From a virus: a stretch of 64,000 nt of DNA. Positions within the stretch are counted from its first letter, which is position 1, and the number at the start of each line of letters is the position of its first letter. Positions 47,135 to 56,258 of the stretch are shown here, one piece after another. Below the pieces are notes generated by a model. The model was not told the origin of the DNA, did no database searches, and worked only from the letters and a program-made list of their open reading frames with translations. The position numbers and the translations under genes were made by a program. The stretch covers positions 18,292 through 82,291 of IMG/VR virus record IMGVR_UViG_3300046820_000903. One strand, given 5' to 3'.

Positions 47135-47356
47135 GTGAAGCAATACTATATTCTAACATTGGATCCAGAGTTTTTGTCTGTGATTAAATGGATTAAGGCC
47201 AACAAGATAGAATTCGACGCACACTTGAATAGAACAAGGTTTTGGGTCAAAGAAGGTGAAGAACAGGCAATGTTTCTTCTAACTTGGGGTAGCGTATGCA
47301 CTCCGGTACACGAAGATGAGGATTTGATAACAGGGAGAAGATATGGACATAGCTGA
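47135..47356 (+). CDS. hypothetical protein, small F-x-L-x-W family member
   Basis: VIKWIKANK...FWVKEGEEQAMFLLTWG. Confidence 0.65.
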   Translation: MKQYYILTLDPEFLSVIKWIKANKIEFDAHLNRTRFWVKEGEEQAMFLLTWGSVCTPVHEDEDLITGRRYGHS

Positions 47357-47693
47357 AATGATTAACAAGTACGGGTTTCCCATTATTGCCGCAGGCGGCA
47401 TGGGATACTTGATTTACTACGTATGGGAATGGGCCACCAAAGAAGTCAAGCCAGTGTTGGGAGAAGCCAACACCACGCTGATTGCTCTGATTGACCGTAT
47501 TCGTATGCTAGACAACGACTTGATTCGACTGCAACAAAAGGTCAACACTACATTACACTTACGTGGCAAGATCATTGAAAGCGAACGTGTATTGGAAGCG
47601 CACAAAGTTGATACAGAAGCCGAAAAGAAGTTTAAGAGTGTGATAGACGGCGCCAAAGAAGACAAGAACACAGCGGCAAGCGGCGAAGGTTAA
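47343..47693 (+). CDS. single-TM membrane protein, paralogue of 46263..46544
   Basis: KYGFPIIAAGGMGYLIY...ALIDRIRMLDNDLIRL versus ALDNRVKTMNHDVIRI. Confidence 0.7.
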   Translation: MDIAEMINKYGFPIIAAGGMGYLIYYVWEWATKEVKPVLGEANTTLIALIDRIRMLDNDLIRLQQKVNTTLHLRGKIIESERVLEAHKVDTEAEKKFKSVIDGAKEDKNTAASGEG

Positions 47694-47724
47694 GAGTCCT
47701 TAAATATTGCTTTAAGGGGAATAG

Positions 47725-49245
47725 ATGGACGCGGTTATTGTTTCGGATTGTTCAAACGGCGAAAACAATACATTCTTATATCGTTATATTGGGCCATATA
47801 AAATTGCCCACGTGTGTCGCAGCCAAGGATACTCAGCACAGGTTATAGACTTTGTAATGAGCATGACGTACGACACACTACTAGGATACCTACGTAAGTT
47901 TGTTGACAAAGAAACCAAAATGGTAGCACTCAGTGCTACCTTTCTTTGTCAAGTGCCTGCTAAACAAAGCGATGGCTCCTGGGCTCGTGCCCCAGAGCAT
48001 GTAATACGAGCCTTACGTCAAATTAAAATAGAGTTCCCACAAGCAAGATACGTGCTAGGCGGCTATATGAGTGAACACTTGGACGGCTTTGGATTCATTG
48101 ACTGCCGTGTACTCAGCAATGCCGAAGCCATTACAGCCGAATTAATCAATTACCTTGCCGGTGTGGGCGAAGAACCACAGTATAAACTACAAAAGCCAAG
48201 TTGGAAGCGGGCCGCTGGACTTGAAAAGATGTATTATGCTCCTCGCAATGCCGTATACAATATAGAAACAGACAACTTCAGCTTCCATGAACAGGATTGT
48301 ATAGTAGAACAAGAAACATTACCACTGGAAGTAAGTCGTGGCTGTGTGTTTAAGTGTAAATTCTGTAATCATGAGAACCTAGGACGTCCCAAATTAGATT
48401 ATCTTCGTAGCATGGACTGTATCCGTGAGGAACTGGTCAACAACTATGAACGTTGGGGTGTTACAAACTACAATATACTATGCGACACGTTTAACGATAC
48501 TGAAATTAAACTACGCAGGTGGCATGAAATGGTCACAAGCTTGCCATTTAAAATTAAATTTGCCGCTTACATACGTGTGGACTTGATACATCGTTTCCCG
48601 GACATGGCACACTTGTTGCAAGAAGGCGGCTTACATGCGGCATTCCACGGACTTGAAAGCCTACATCCAGACGCAAGTCGCATTGTAGGTAAAGCCTGGA
48701 GCGGTCGACATGCTCGCGAATACATTCCTGAGTTGTATCACAATACGTGGGGTGGCCAAGTACATCAGCATCTTAACTTTATTGTGGGATTACCTGGCGA
48801 CAGCATAGAGTCCATGGAAAGCACAGCTGATTGGATAATACAGAATCAGCTACAAAGTGCCAGCTTTGGGGAGTTGTATCTGGTCAAGGGTAGCTTTAGA
48901 CATCTAAGCGAGTTTGAACGCAATGCTGAACAATACGGATACACCTTTGATGACACCAAAATACAGGATGCTCGTGTAGAAAGCGGCGGCGGTAGTTATA
49001 ATAAGTATTGGAAGCTGGACTATATTGACTTTGAAAAAGCCCGGCTTGTGGCACGTTCGCTGAACAGACGCATAGGTTCCCATGTTGGTCCAATGAATTG
49101 GACTATACTAAGTGCGTTATCAGTGGGCATGCCAGAGTCAAAAATAAATGTTAAACGTATACAGTTTAGTCTGGGTACATACGCCACACATAAATTGGCA
49201 TTTATTCAACGATATTTGACCAAATTAAATGGCATAAGTGCCTAA
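47725..49245 (+). CDS. radical SAM protein with B12-binding-like N-terminal domain
   Basis: LEVSRGCVFKCKFC, CDTFND, GLESL and FIVGLPGD; N-terminal YIGPYKIA...VIDF. Confidence 0.8.
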   Translation: MDAVIVSDCSNGENNTFLYRYIGPYKIAHVCRSQGYSAQVIDFVMSMTYDTLLGYLRKFVDKETKMVALSATFLCQVPAKQSDGSWARAPEHVIRALRQIKIEFPQARYVLGGYMSEHLDGFGFIDCRVLSNAEAITAELINYLAGVGEEPQYKLQKPSWKRAAGLEKMYYAPRNAVYNIETDNFSFHEQDCIVEQETLPLEVSRGCVFKCKFCNHENLGRPKLDYLRSMDCIREELVNNYERWGVTNYNILCDTFNDTEIKLRRWHEMVTSLPFKIKFAAYIRVDLIHRFPDMAHLLQEGGLHAAFHGLESLHPDASRIVGKAWSGRHAREYIPELYHNTWGGQVHQHLNFIVGLPGDSIESMESTADWIIQNQLQSASFGELYLVKGSFRHLSEFERNAEQYGYTFDDTKIQDARVESGGGSYNKYWKLDYIDFEKARLVARSLNRRIGSHVGPMNWTILSALSVGMPESKINVKRIQFSLGTYATHKLAFIQRYLTKLNGISA

Positions 49246-49253
49246 GGAGATTT

Positions 49254-49991
49254 ATGAGTTACGTTATAGCAACTCTTGTATTAACACACATCACCATTGC
49301 ATGTGTAACATTGTATCTACACCGCAGTCAAGCACACAGAGGTGTTACGTTTCATCCTGCGGTAGCGCATTTAATGCGTTTCTGGCTGTGGATGACAACA
49401 GGACAAATTACCAAGCAATGGGTGGCAGTACACCGCAAGCATCACAGATTTACAGAAGTAGAAGGTGATCCACACAGTCCACACGTATTTGGCTTTTGGC
49501 GTGTGCTGTTTAAAGGTGCGTTTCTATATCACTCTGCTAGTAAAGACGCAGACATGGTAAAACAATATGGTGCAGGCACACCAGATGATTGGATGGAACA
49601 AAATATATACACCAAGCACAGCCGTATTGGTATCATGCTTATGTTACTGATAGACTTAGTGGTGTTTGGTCTGCCGGGTTTATTAATATGGGGTATTCAA
49701 ATGATATGGATTCCATTCTGGGCCGCAGGTGTTATTAACGGCTTAGGTCACTGGTGGGGATATAGAAATGGCGAAACTAAAGATCACAGCAGAAACATTG
49801 TTCCTTGGGATATTATTGTTGGTGGGGAATGCCTTCATAATAACCATCATTTGGATCCTGGTAATCCTCGACTAAGCCGTCGTTGGTTTGAATTTGATAT
49901 AGGCTGGCTTTACATAAAGTTGCTGTGTTCGTTTAGATTGGCAACACTTAAACCATCTGTAGCAAATCCTTCAGTAACTGAATCCAAGTAA
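49254..49991 (+). CDS. membrane fatty-acid (delta-9 acyl-CoA type) desaturase
   Basis: His boxes HRSQAH, HRKHH and HNNHH; several TM segments; WFEFDIGW. Confidence 0.92.
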   Translation: MSYVIATLVLTHITIACVTLYLHRSQAHRGVTFHPAVAHLMRFWLWMTTGQITKQWVAVHRKHHRFTEVEGDPHSPHVFGFWRVLFKGAFLYHSASKDADMVKQYGAGTPDDWMEQNIYTKHSRIGIMLMLLIDLVVFGLPGLLIWGIQMIWIPFWAAGVINGLGHWWGYRNGETKDHSRNIVPWDIIVGGECLHNNHHLDPGNPRLSRRWFEFDIGWLYIKLLCSFRLATLKPSVANPSVTESK

Positions 49992-50320
49992 GTTTTACTT
50001 GGCATAGTGCCTTGCAAGTGGTTTCTATTGTCTGCGGTCATAGTGTAAACCCACGCTTGCTTTGTTTCGCCTTCGTGAAATACGTTGGTGTACACACGAT
50101 TATAAAATACAGGAAAGCCTTCGCGCTGATCTAAACCTGCAAGTATTTCATCATCAATGTCCCAAAGAATGCCCAGCGAGCATCCACCCTGCTGTTCGTA
50201 TACATTGGCATACAATAACATTTCCCAAGCATAGTTAGGCAATACTGCCGGTCCTAGTCGTACTGCATTTGGGCTCATTTGATTGTTGTTTGTATTCATG
50301 CCGTAAGCAAAATATAACAC
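49910..50320 (-). CDS. gamma-glutamylcyclotransferase family protein
   Basis: LYFAYGMN, GILWDI, LDQREGFPVFY, AWVY and PSKTY. Confidence 0.85.
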   Translation of the reverse strand: MLYFAYGMNTNNNQMSPNAVRLGPAVLPNYAWEMLLYANVYEQQGGCSLGILWDIDDEILAGLDQREGFPVFYNRVYTNVFHEGETKQAWVYTMTADNRNHLQGTMPSKTYLDSVTEGFATDGLSVANLNEHSNFM

Positions 50321-50321
50321 A

Positions 50322-51035
50322 TTAAACTCCTAATAGGTGAAAGTTCTTTTCTATATGGTCCCATACACCAATCGGACTACGGGTATCAGACCAAATTAAC
50401 TGGGCACTAACTGTTAAACGCACACCCGGGCCCTGTACAACATGGTGTGGTAAATTTGTGCGTAGTATTGCACTAGGCGCATTACTAGATGTAGCAAAGT
50501 CATAGTCTGGGCATGTTTCCCAAGTCAATGCTCCGCTATTGAGTTCTTTAATCCAAGGCAGCAACCAGTGTACTGCAATTATCTTTCCAGGAATAGTTTT
50601 AACAAACTTGGTATAATTTTCAGTCTTGGGGAACCAACGAATTATGCCAGGTGCATCAGACAACTCATAATAGCTTAACCTGGCCTCTAGTACAACTTCA
50701 GTTTTGTCATCCTTTAACTTGGTGCCATCAACATGAATGTTCTTACCATTGTTGTTGGGTGCGCCAGTGAATACTGTTAAGTTTCTAACACAAATACCAA
50801 GTGGTTCTAGAAACTTATCAGTCTGCTCTACTGTCTTGGGGAAAAACTCTTTGCAATCTCCAATGGGACTGTATAGTTCCTGGTTGCCTACATCTTGTTT
50901 AAATTTTTCATTGAAGTATGCTAAAAAGTTGGCCTTTTCTTCTTCATCAAGCTTTAGTGAAAGTGGATAAAAATAAGAAGGATTGGCTGTAGGTGTACTG
51001 TAAGGATCTAGCCAAGTAAGATTTTTAAGGCCCAT
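50322..51035 (-). CDS. hypothetical protein, possible cupin/2OG-Fe(II) oxygenase
   Basis: IHVDG...NLPHHV...RLTVS pattern. Confidence 0.5.
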   Translation of the reverse strand: MGLKNLTWLDPYSTPTANPSYFYPLSLKLDEEEKANFLAYFNEKFKQDVGNQELYSPIGDCKEFFPKTVEQTDKFLEPLGICVRNLTVFTGAPNNNGKNIHVDGTKLKDDKTEVVLEARLSYYELSDAPGIIRWFPKTENYTKFVKTIPGKIIAVHWLLPWIKELNSGALTWETCPDYDFATSSNAPSAILRTNLPHHVVQGPGVRLTVSAQLIWSDTRSPIGVWDHIEKNFHLLGV

Positions 51036-51040
51036 TGTTA

Positions 51041-51271
51041 TTAAACCTTTGTTTTGATAACGTCAATGGCTGATTGTACACTTGTAATGGCCTGTGCTTC
51101 CTCATCACTAATTTCAATGTTAAACTTATCTTCAAATGCCATTACCAATTCAACTGCATCCAAGCTGTCTAAGTCTAGATCAGCAAAGTTAGCACCAGCA
51201 TCTAGCGTATTTGTACCCAGTTGTTCTTTGATTAATTCGATTATTTGTTGTTCGATTGTCATAATTGTCAT
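51041..51271 (-). CDS. acpP: acyl carrier protein
   Basis: DLDLDSLDAVELVMAFEDKFNIEISDEEA; phosphopantetheine Ser in DSL. Confidence 0.93.
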   Translation of the reverse strand: MTIMTIEQQIIELIKEQLGTNTLDAGANFADLDLDSLDAVELVMAFEDKFNIEISDEEAQAITSVQSAIDVIKTKV

Positions 51272-51279
51272 GTCTTCCC

Positions 51280-53322
51280 TTATTTGCTTGTAGCTCTATA
51301 TGTACCATCCCAATTGGCTGGTAGTCCTTCGTTCATACGCTCTAACATATTTTCATAATAGTGTCGGAGTTCATTATCTTCTTTGATAAGCTTTTCGCAT
51401 GCCTTGATAGCACGAGCCCAATCACCGCGATAGTATGCAGTTAGATAGATATCGTGCTGTGTAGTGTTGGTTTCGCCAAGTGTAAAGATCTTAACACCTT
51501 GCGTCTTGCCTTTAACAGCAATACAATCTAACTCGACGACCGGGTACTCATCCTTGACCAGTTCTGCTGTACGTTGTCCTAAAACAATCTTGACACCATA
51601 CGGCTTAGACTGGCCCTCGAGTCGGCTCGCCAAATTAACACCGTCGCCAAGACAAGTATAGTCAAAGCGTTGATCACTACCCATATTGCCCACCACAACG
51701 GCGGCAGTATTAATTCCCAAACCCATACCAAAGGCAGGAATGCCTTCTGCTGTAACTTCTGCATTAAACGCATCTAAGCTTCCCATCATTTCAAGTGCAG
51801 TCTTGACAGCCATGTGTGCATGACGAGCTTCGTCAACTGGTGCATTCCAGAATGCCATTTGTGCATCGCCAATGTACTTGTCAAGTGTTCCGTTATTGTC
51901 AATGATCTTCTTTGTCATTGCTGTCATATAACGGTTCATAATCTTAGTAAGTCCCTGTACGTCCTTACCATAGTGTTCGGAGATCGTAGTAAATCCACGA
52001 ACGTCTGTGAACATGATACTGAGTTCACGTTCATCGCCACCCAGCTGTAATAGCTCGGGATTCTTTTGTAGCTTGGCAACTAACGCTGGACTCAGGTAAG
52101 TGCCAAACTGTTTCTTGATCTGTTGCTTTTGCTTGAACTCTTGTACGAATCGTGCAAACAATGCATGACCGTATAGCAGTACTGCGGCAAAAACAACATA
52201 GTAGATGTCCCATAGTTGACTGTAGTTTGCCCACAAGTATAAGCCACCTTGAACAACACCATATACTAGGCCACCTAGAACAAATAGTGCGGCCCAGATT
52301 GGCACACGTGGCATGGCAAAGATAACAATAGCCGCAATGCCGATGATGGTCAACAATTCAACCATACCAGCCCAAGCAGGACGAGTAGGTGTGTTACCAT
52401 CGATAAGTGTTTGTATAGCTTGTGCTTGTAAGTTATGTGCCCACTGTTCACCACGCGGTGTGCCAATGATACCACCAAGACCTTCTACACCTAAACCCAG
52501 TACAACAATTTTACCCTTAAGATTCAAGTCTTTGCGTGACAGTTCACTTAGTTCATAACGCTTGAATTCTTTGTTCCAACGCAACCATACACGACCGTTG
52601 GCATCAGTTTCCACAATAGGCTGTCCAGCAATGCGTACTTTTTCTACACCTGCTTCGCTCATCTTCATTTGATAGCTTTGCTCGCCTGTGTATACACGTA
52701 ATGCTTCAATTGGCAAGCTTGGATAGTATTCTTTGTTTACTGTAACAACCAAGGGCATACGACGAACAACACCGTCAATTTCAGGAGCCGCTACAGTTGT
52801 ACCAACACCCTTGGCACCTTGAGCTAGCTCTGGACGTGGACTTAGCGCACCTGGCCATGAGTACAACCAAGTGTAAGGATCGCCACCCATTACAGCTACG
52901 CCACGACGAACTGCATCAGGCTTTTTGTTTTGTGTAGTAGGAGTTTGTGCAATAACACTGGGAGTTTTATTTAGAACTTTAGCAAGCTCTGCATCACCGC
53001 CTAGTCTATCCTTTTCAGTCATAAGCACAGGCACAACAATGGTGGCCGCACCTAGTTCATGAATACGTTGAATAGCTTGTGCAATTTCTCGTCTGTCCCA
53101 AGGCCATTGCCCCAGGCGTTCCATTGACTTTTCACCAATATCGATTACAACCACTTCTTTGGATTGTTCTACAGCATCGCTGGCAAGTAGCATGTCAAAG
53201 CCTTTAAGCTGAATGCTTTCTACTGGTGCTGGATTTTGGATTTTTAATAGGATTAGTAGTGCGGCAGTGATTACTACCCATGCTACACTTAATGGTCCTG
53301 GTATAAGTTTTAGTATCTTCAT
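51280..53322 (-). CDS. CHASE2-domain membrane adenylate/guanylate cyclase (class III)
   Basis: GQWPWDR, DGVVRRMPL, three TMs, FTDVRGFT, DKYIGDA, GIGIN-like, YTCLGDGVNLASRLEG and VKGK. Confidence 0.93.
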   Translation of the reverse strand: MKILKLIPGPLSVAWVVITAALLILLKIQNPAPVESIQLKGFDMLLASDAVEQSKEVVVIDIGEKSMERLGQWPWDRREIAQAIQRIHELGAATIVVPVLMTEKDRLGGDAELAKVLNKTPSVIAQTPTTQNKKPDAVRRGVAVMGGDPYTWLYSWPGALSPRPELAQGAKGVGTTVAAPEIDGVVRRMPLVVTVNKEYYPSLPIEALRVYTGEQSYQMKMSEAGVEKVRIAGQPIVETDANGRVWLRWNKEFKRYELSELSRKDLNLKGKIVVLGLGVEGLGGIIGTPRGEQWAHNLQAQAIQTLIDGNTPTRPAWAGMVELLTIIGIAAIVIFAMPRVPIWAALFVLGGLVYGVVQGGLYLWANYSQLWDIYYVVFAAVLLYGHALFARFVQEFKQKQQIKKQFGTYLSPALVAKLQKNPELLQLGGDERELSIMFTDVRGFTTISEHYGKDVQGLTKIMNRYMTAMTKKIIDNNGTLDKYIGDAQMAFWNAPVDEARHAHMAVKTALEMMGSLDAFNAEVTAEGIPAFGMGLGINTAAVVVGNMGSDQRFDYTCLGDGVNLASRLEGQSKPYGVKIVLGQRTAELVKDEYPVVELDCIAVKGKTQGVKIFTLGETNTTQHDIYLTAYYRGDWARAIKACEKLIKEDNELRHYYENMLERMNEGLPANWDGTYRATSK

Positions 53323-53328
53323 TTTGTT

Positions 53329-53357
53329 AGTATAACAGAACAAGTGGACAAAGTCAA
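53329..53357 (-). promoter_or_regulatory. sigma70-type promoter, leaderless transcript
   Basis: TTGACT-17 nt-TATACT with TGn extension, 6 nt before the cyclase ATG. Confidence 0.7.
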
Positions 53358-53368
53358 CTCAGGGCCAC

Positions 53369-55828
53369 TTAACTCATAATTGGCACAACTTCAATCTCTG
53401 TACCGTAAGCATAGCCGTTGTTTTGAACCCATTGAGTGGCCACACGGTTAGCATCACGTTGATTATTACCCACGCCCGAGAATCTATGCATCTCGTTGCC
53501 ATCATTGTCAATGATCTTCCAGGCTCCTGTAAATGTGCCAGGTACAGCTCGTTGCTGTGCTAGGTCTGTTGTGGATCCTGGCCTTATGTCTGGCTCAATA
53601 TCAGTAACGCCGGGAATAGGTCTTGGTGTTGATGTGGGTAATTGTCCTACACTACCTGCTGGTACAGGAGCACCTGCTGTGGCACGAATTGGTTGTATAG
53701 GTTCAGCAATCTGATCACCCCAACGTCTTACACCAAATTTATTTTTGGCCAAGTACGCAGGCATTCCATGCGGCCCTTGTTCAATATAATCCGTTAAATG
53801 TTCTAATGCACCAGCATCAGTTGTTATGTTTGTTGGGACTTCTGCCAATCTTTTGTTTCTATCCAGATCAAAGATTTCATAACGGTTTTGATCAAACCTA
53901 GGACGGAACGATAGGTTGTTGCGACTTGTTGGCGTAATGCCATTGTCAAATCGCCACTGTCGCCATTCGGTACCTGCCGCTTCTCTGTTTGATCCATTGG
54001 GATCTACACTCTTAAATTGTCCAACAGTCTTGCCAGTGTTTGCATCGTATACTTCCCAGTTGTTTGCGTTGTTGTCATACGGGCGAAGTGCTGTGGCTGT
54101 CATTCTATCAAACACTTCAGGATTTTCAATACCCCACTCTTTTATTGCTGTTGACTTGGCTTCGTCTTCTGTTGATGCTACAACTTCAATGCGTTGATTG
54201 TTGTACTTGACACTCCACCAATACCTGCCACCTTTTTCTCTTTTTACTTTACGTTGTAATTGTGCTTGACGTAAGAAACTGGCCAACGCACTCTTAGGCA
54301 ACTCGCCTGCGCTGTATCTAGCAAAATATTGTAGTGTGTTGGTAGAGTCATCACTGGGAGCAATCATCTTATAAAACTTTTTAACATACTCTTGCTTGTG
54401 TTTGTTTTCATCAAGTGCAATGTCCATGCCTACCACAAATCGTAATAGTGTGGTTTCAAGTTGATCTATGTTGGCATTTAACCAATCGCCACCTGGGCTA
54501 CGGAATTCAATGTAGCCATCTTTTGTATTGATACTGGTGTACTTAGATGTAGCACCTGCATGAATAATCTTACTGGCCGCGGTGTCTAAGTCTTGTTTCA
54601 TGCGGGCCATGACCTGCTGAACTTTGTCAGGTGTTGCCGCAGATTTAATCAAGCTGATAGCACTCTTGGCATACGTGTTGCCAATGCGATCAAACTGTTT
54701 TAGAATGTATTCATCACCAATGAACAATGCCAACTTAACAAAGTCCAACTTTTCACGACTAAAGTTAGGAACACTAACGTTCATGTGTAGGCCTGTTGAT
54801 TCGTTTGTGTAGCAACCTCTGCCCTTGGCCCAGTTAATGACTTTGCGTAAGTCACTGAGCATTTCGTCTACTGGTAGCGGTGGGCTAACAAACTCCAAGC
54901 CGCCTTCACTACTTGGATCATCTGGTTCTAAGCTACCATCTGGTTCAACAACATACTTGCCTGGTTCTCTCTTACCACCGTGGTAGTTGTCGCTGGCGTT
55001 CCATGGTCGACCAATTGCCTGTCCAAATTCTGCCGCAACATCGCTTGGGGAATCGCCGCCATTATTTTGTCCCATCATGTAAGGCCAAGATAACTCACCG
55101 CCTGCATCGTTGTAAATATCATGCATGGTATGCAGGCCTTGTGATTCAAGGAAGTCGCGCTCACCTGGATATTCCCAGCTATCTCGCCAGTTGTCTTCTG
55201 CACGTTGCCAATTTTCGTCTTGTGAAGCAATAGCATCTTTGACCATTTGACCTATCATTTCATCTACTGATTCGTCAGCATCAGCCCAGTGATGGTATGC
55301 TGGTGTTTCTTTAATACGAACACGTTCTTCTTTGTCGGTACTAAAACTATGTGCTCGATTGCCAGCTTCAACAGCCGCATCTATTTCTTCCCCACTAAGC
55401 CCCATATCCTCAAGAGCTTGTCTACGCATTTCATCTCTATCCGCTTCGCCTTCGATGTACGTTGTTACTTCTTCTTCTTCTACATCTGCCCAATCTTCGC
55501 TTTGCTTTTCCATAGCATAGTCATCATACTTGCTTTGCAAGTCATTGATGGCATCTTGTACACTACGACGACTATTTGAAAAGTCCCCGTTAGTGAAAAA
55601 GTTCATAATATCGTCGAAGTCAACTACACTTTCATCAGCATCAAAGTCTGGTTCCCATTCTTGGTCTTCATCGCTGGCAGCGCCTGGAACAATCATTTCG
55701 AATTCCATACCAGCAAGTGCGCCGGGAATTCCTGCAGCCATTTTACGTAGGTTGCTGGGGCTCATGTTGACTTCCATAAGGTCAACATCTTCTATTAAGG
55801 GTTTGTTAAAAACGTCACGAATTTTCAT
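53369..55828 (-). CDS. putative amidoligase (COOH-NH2 ligase) with C-terminal repeated modules
   Basis: GMEFEM, EPDGSL, GLEFVSPPL, NESTGLHMNVS, KYTSIN and IEFRSPGG; N-terminus MKIRDV...LIE...LME; CTAAATA upstream (55836-55842). Confidence 0.78.
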   Translation of the reverse strand: MKIRDVFNKPLIEDVDLMEVNMSPSNLRKMAAGIPGALAGMEFEMIVPGAASDEDQEWEPDFDADESVVDFDDIMNFFTNGDFSNSRRSVQDAINDLQSKYDDYAMEKQSEDWADVEEEEVTTYIEGEADRDEMRRQALEDMGLSGEEIDAAVEAGNRAHSFSTDKEERVRIKETPAYHHWADADESVDEMIGQMVKDAIASQDENWQRAEDNWRDSWEYPGERDFLESQGLHTMHDIYNDAGGELSWPYMMGQNNGGDSPSDVAAEFGQAIGRPWNASDNYHGGKREPGKYVVEPDGSLEPDDPSSEGGLEFVSPPLPVDEMLSDLRKVINWAKGRGCYTNESTGLHMNVSVPNFSREKLDFVKLALFIGDEYILKQFDRIGNTYAKSAISLIKSAATPDKVQQVMARMKQDLDTAASKIIHAGATSKYTSINTKDGYIEFRSPGGDWLNANIDQLETTLLRFVVGMDIALDENKHKQEYVKKFYKMIAPSDDSTNTLQYFARYSAGELPKSALASFLRQAQLQRKVKREKGGRYWWSVKYNNQRIEVVASTEDEAKSTAIKEWGIENPEVFDRMTATALRPYDNNANNWEVYDANTGKTVGQFKSVDPNGSNREAAGTEWRQWRFDNGITPTSRNNLSFRPRFDQNRYEIFDLDRNKRLAEVPTNITTDAGALEHLTDYIEQGPHGMPAYLAKNKFGVRRWGDQIAEPIQPIRATAGAPVPAGSVGQLPTSTPRPIPGVTDIEPDIRPGSTTDLAQQRAVPGTFTGAWKIIDNDGNEMHRFSGVGNNQRDANRVATQWVQNNGYAYGTEIEVVPIMS

Positions 55829-55904
55829 AGTACTATATTTAGTTTGACCTTTACGGTATGCTGTGCTAAACTTGTCCTATTAAATATTGCTTTAATTTGG
55901 AGAT

Positions 55905-56258
55905 ATGATGCATTGGGGATACCATTTGATGTTGGATTGTAGCGGTTGCAAACGCATTGACAGCCGTGAGAACATTTATAACTTTACCAAAGATATGGTC
56001 AAGCGCATTGACATGACAGCACACGGCGAACCTGTTATTGAGTACTTGTTGGAAGGTGATCCTAAGCAAGGCTATAGCATGATGCAGTTGATTACAACCA
56101 GCAACATCTGCGGCCACTTTATGGAACTTGACGGTACTGCTTATTTTGACGTATTCAGTTGTAAGAAGTTTGATATTGAAACGGCCAAGTCAGTTGTTCA
56201 AGAATACTTTGATCCTGCCAAGATCAGAGTCAACTACATTACTCGTCACGCAGATTGA
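55905..56258 (+). CDS. speD: S-adenosylmethionine decarboxylase proenzyme
   Basis: WGYHLMLDCSGC, GYS...LITTSNICGHF and YFDVFSCKKFD; class 1B-type pyruvoyl enzyme. Confidence 0.8.
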   Translation: MMHWGYHLMLDCSGCKRIDSRENIYNFTKDMVKRIDMTAHGEPVIEYLLEGDPKQGYSMMQLITTSNICGHFMELDGTAYFDVFSCKKFDIETAKSVVQEYFDPAKIRVNYITRHAD

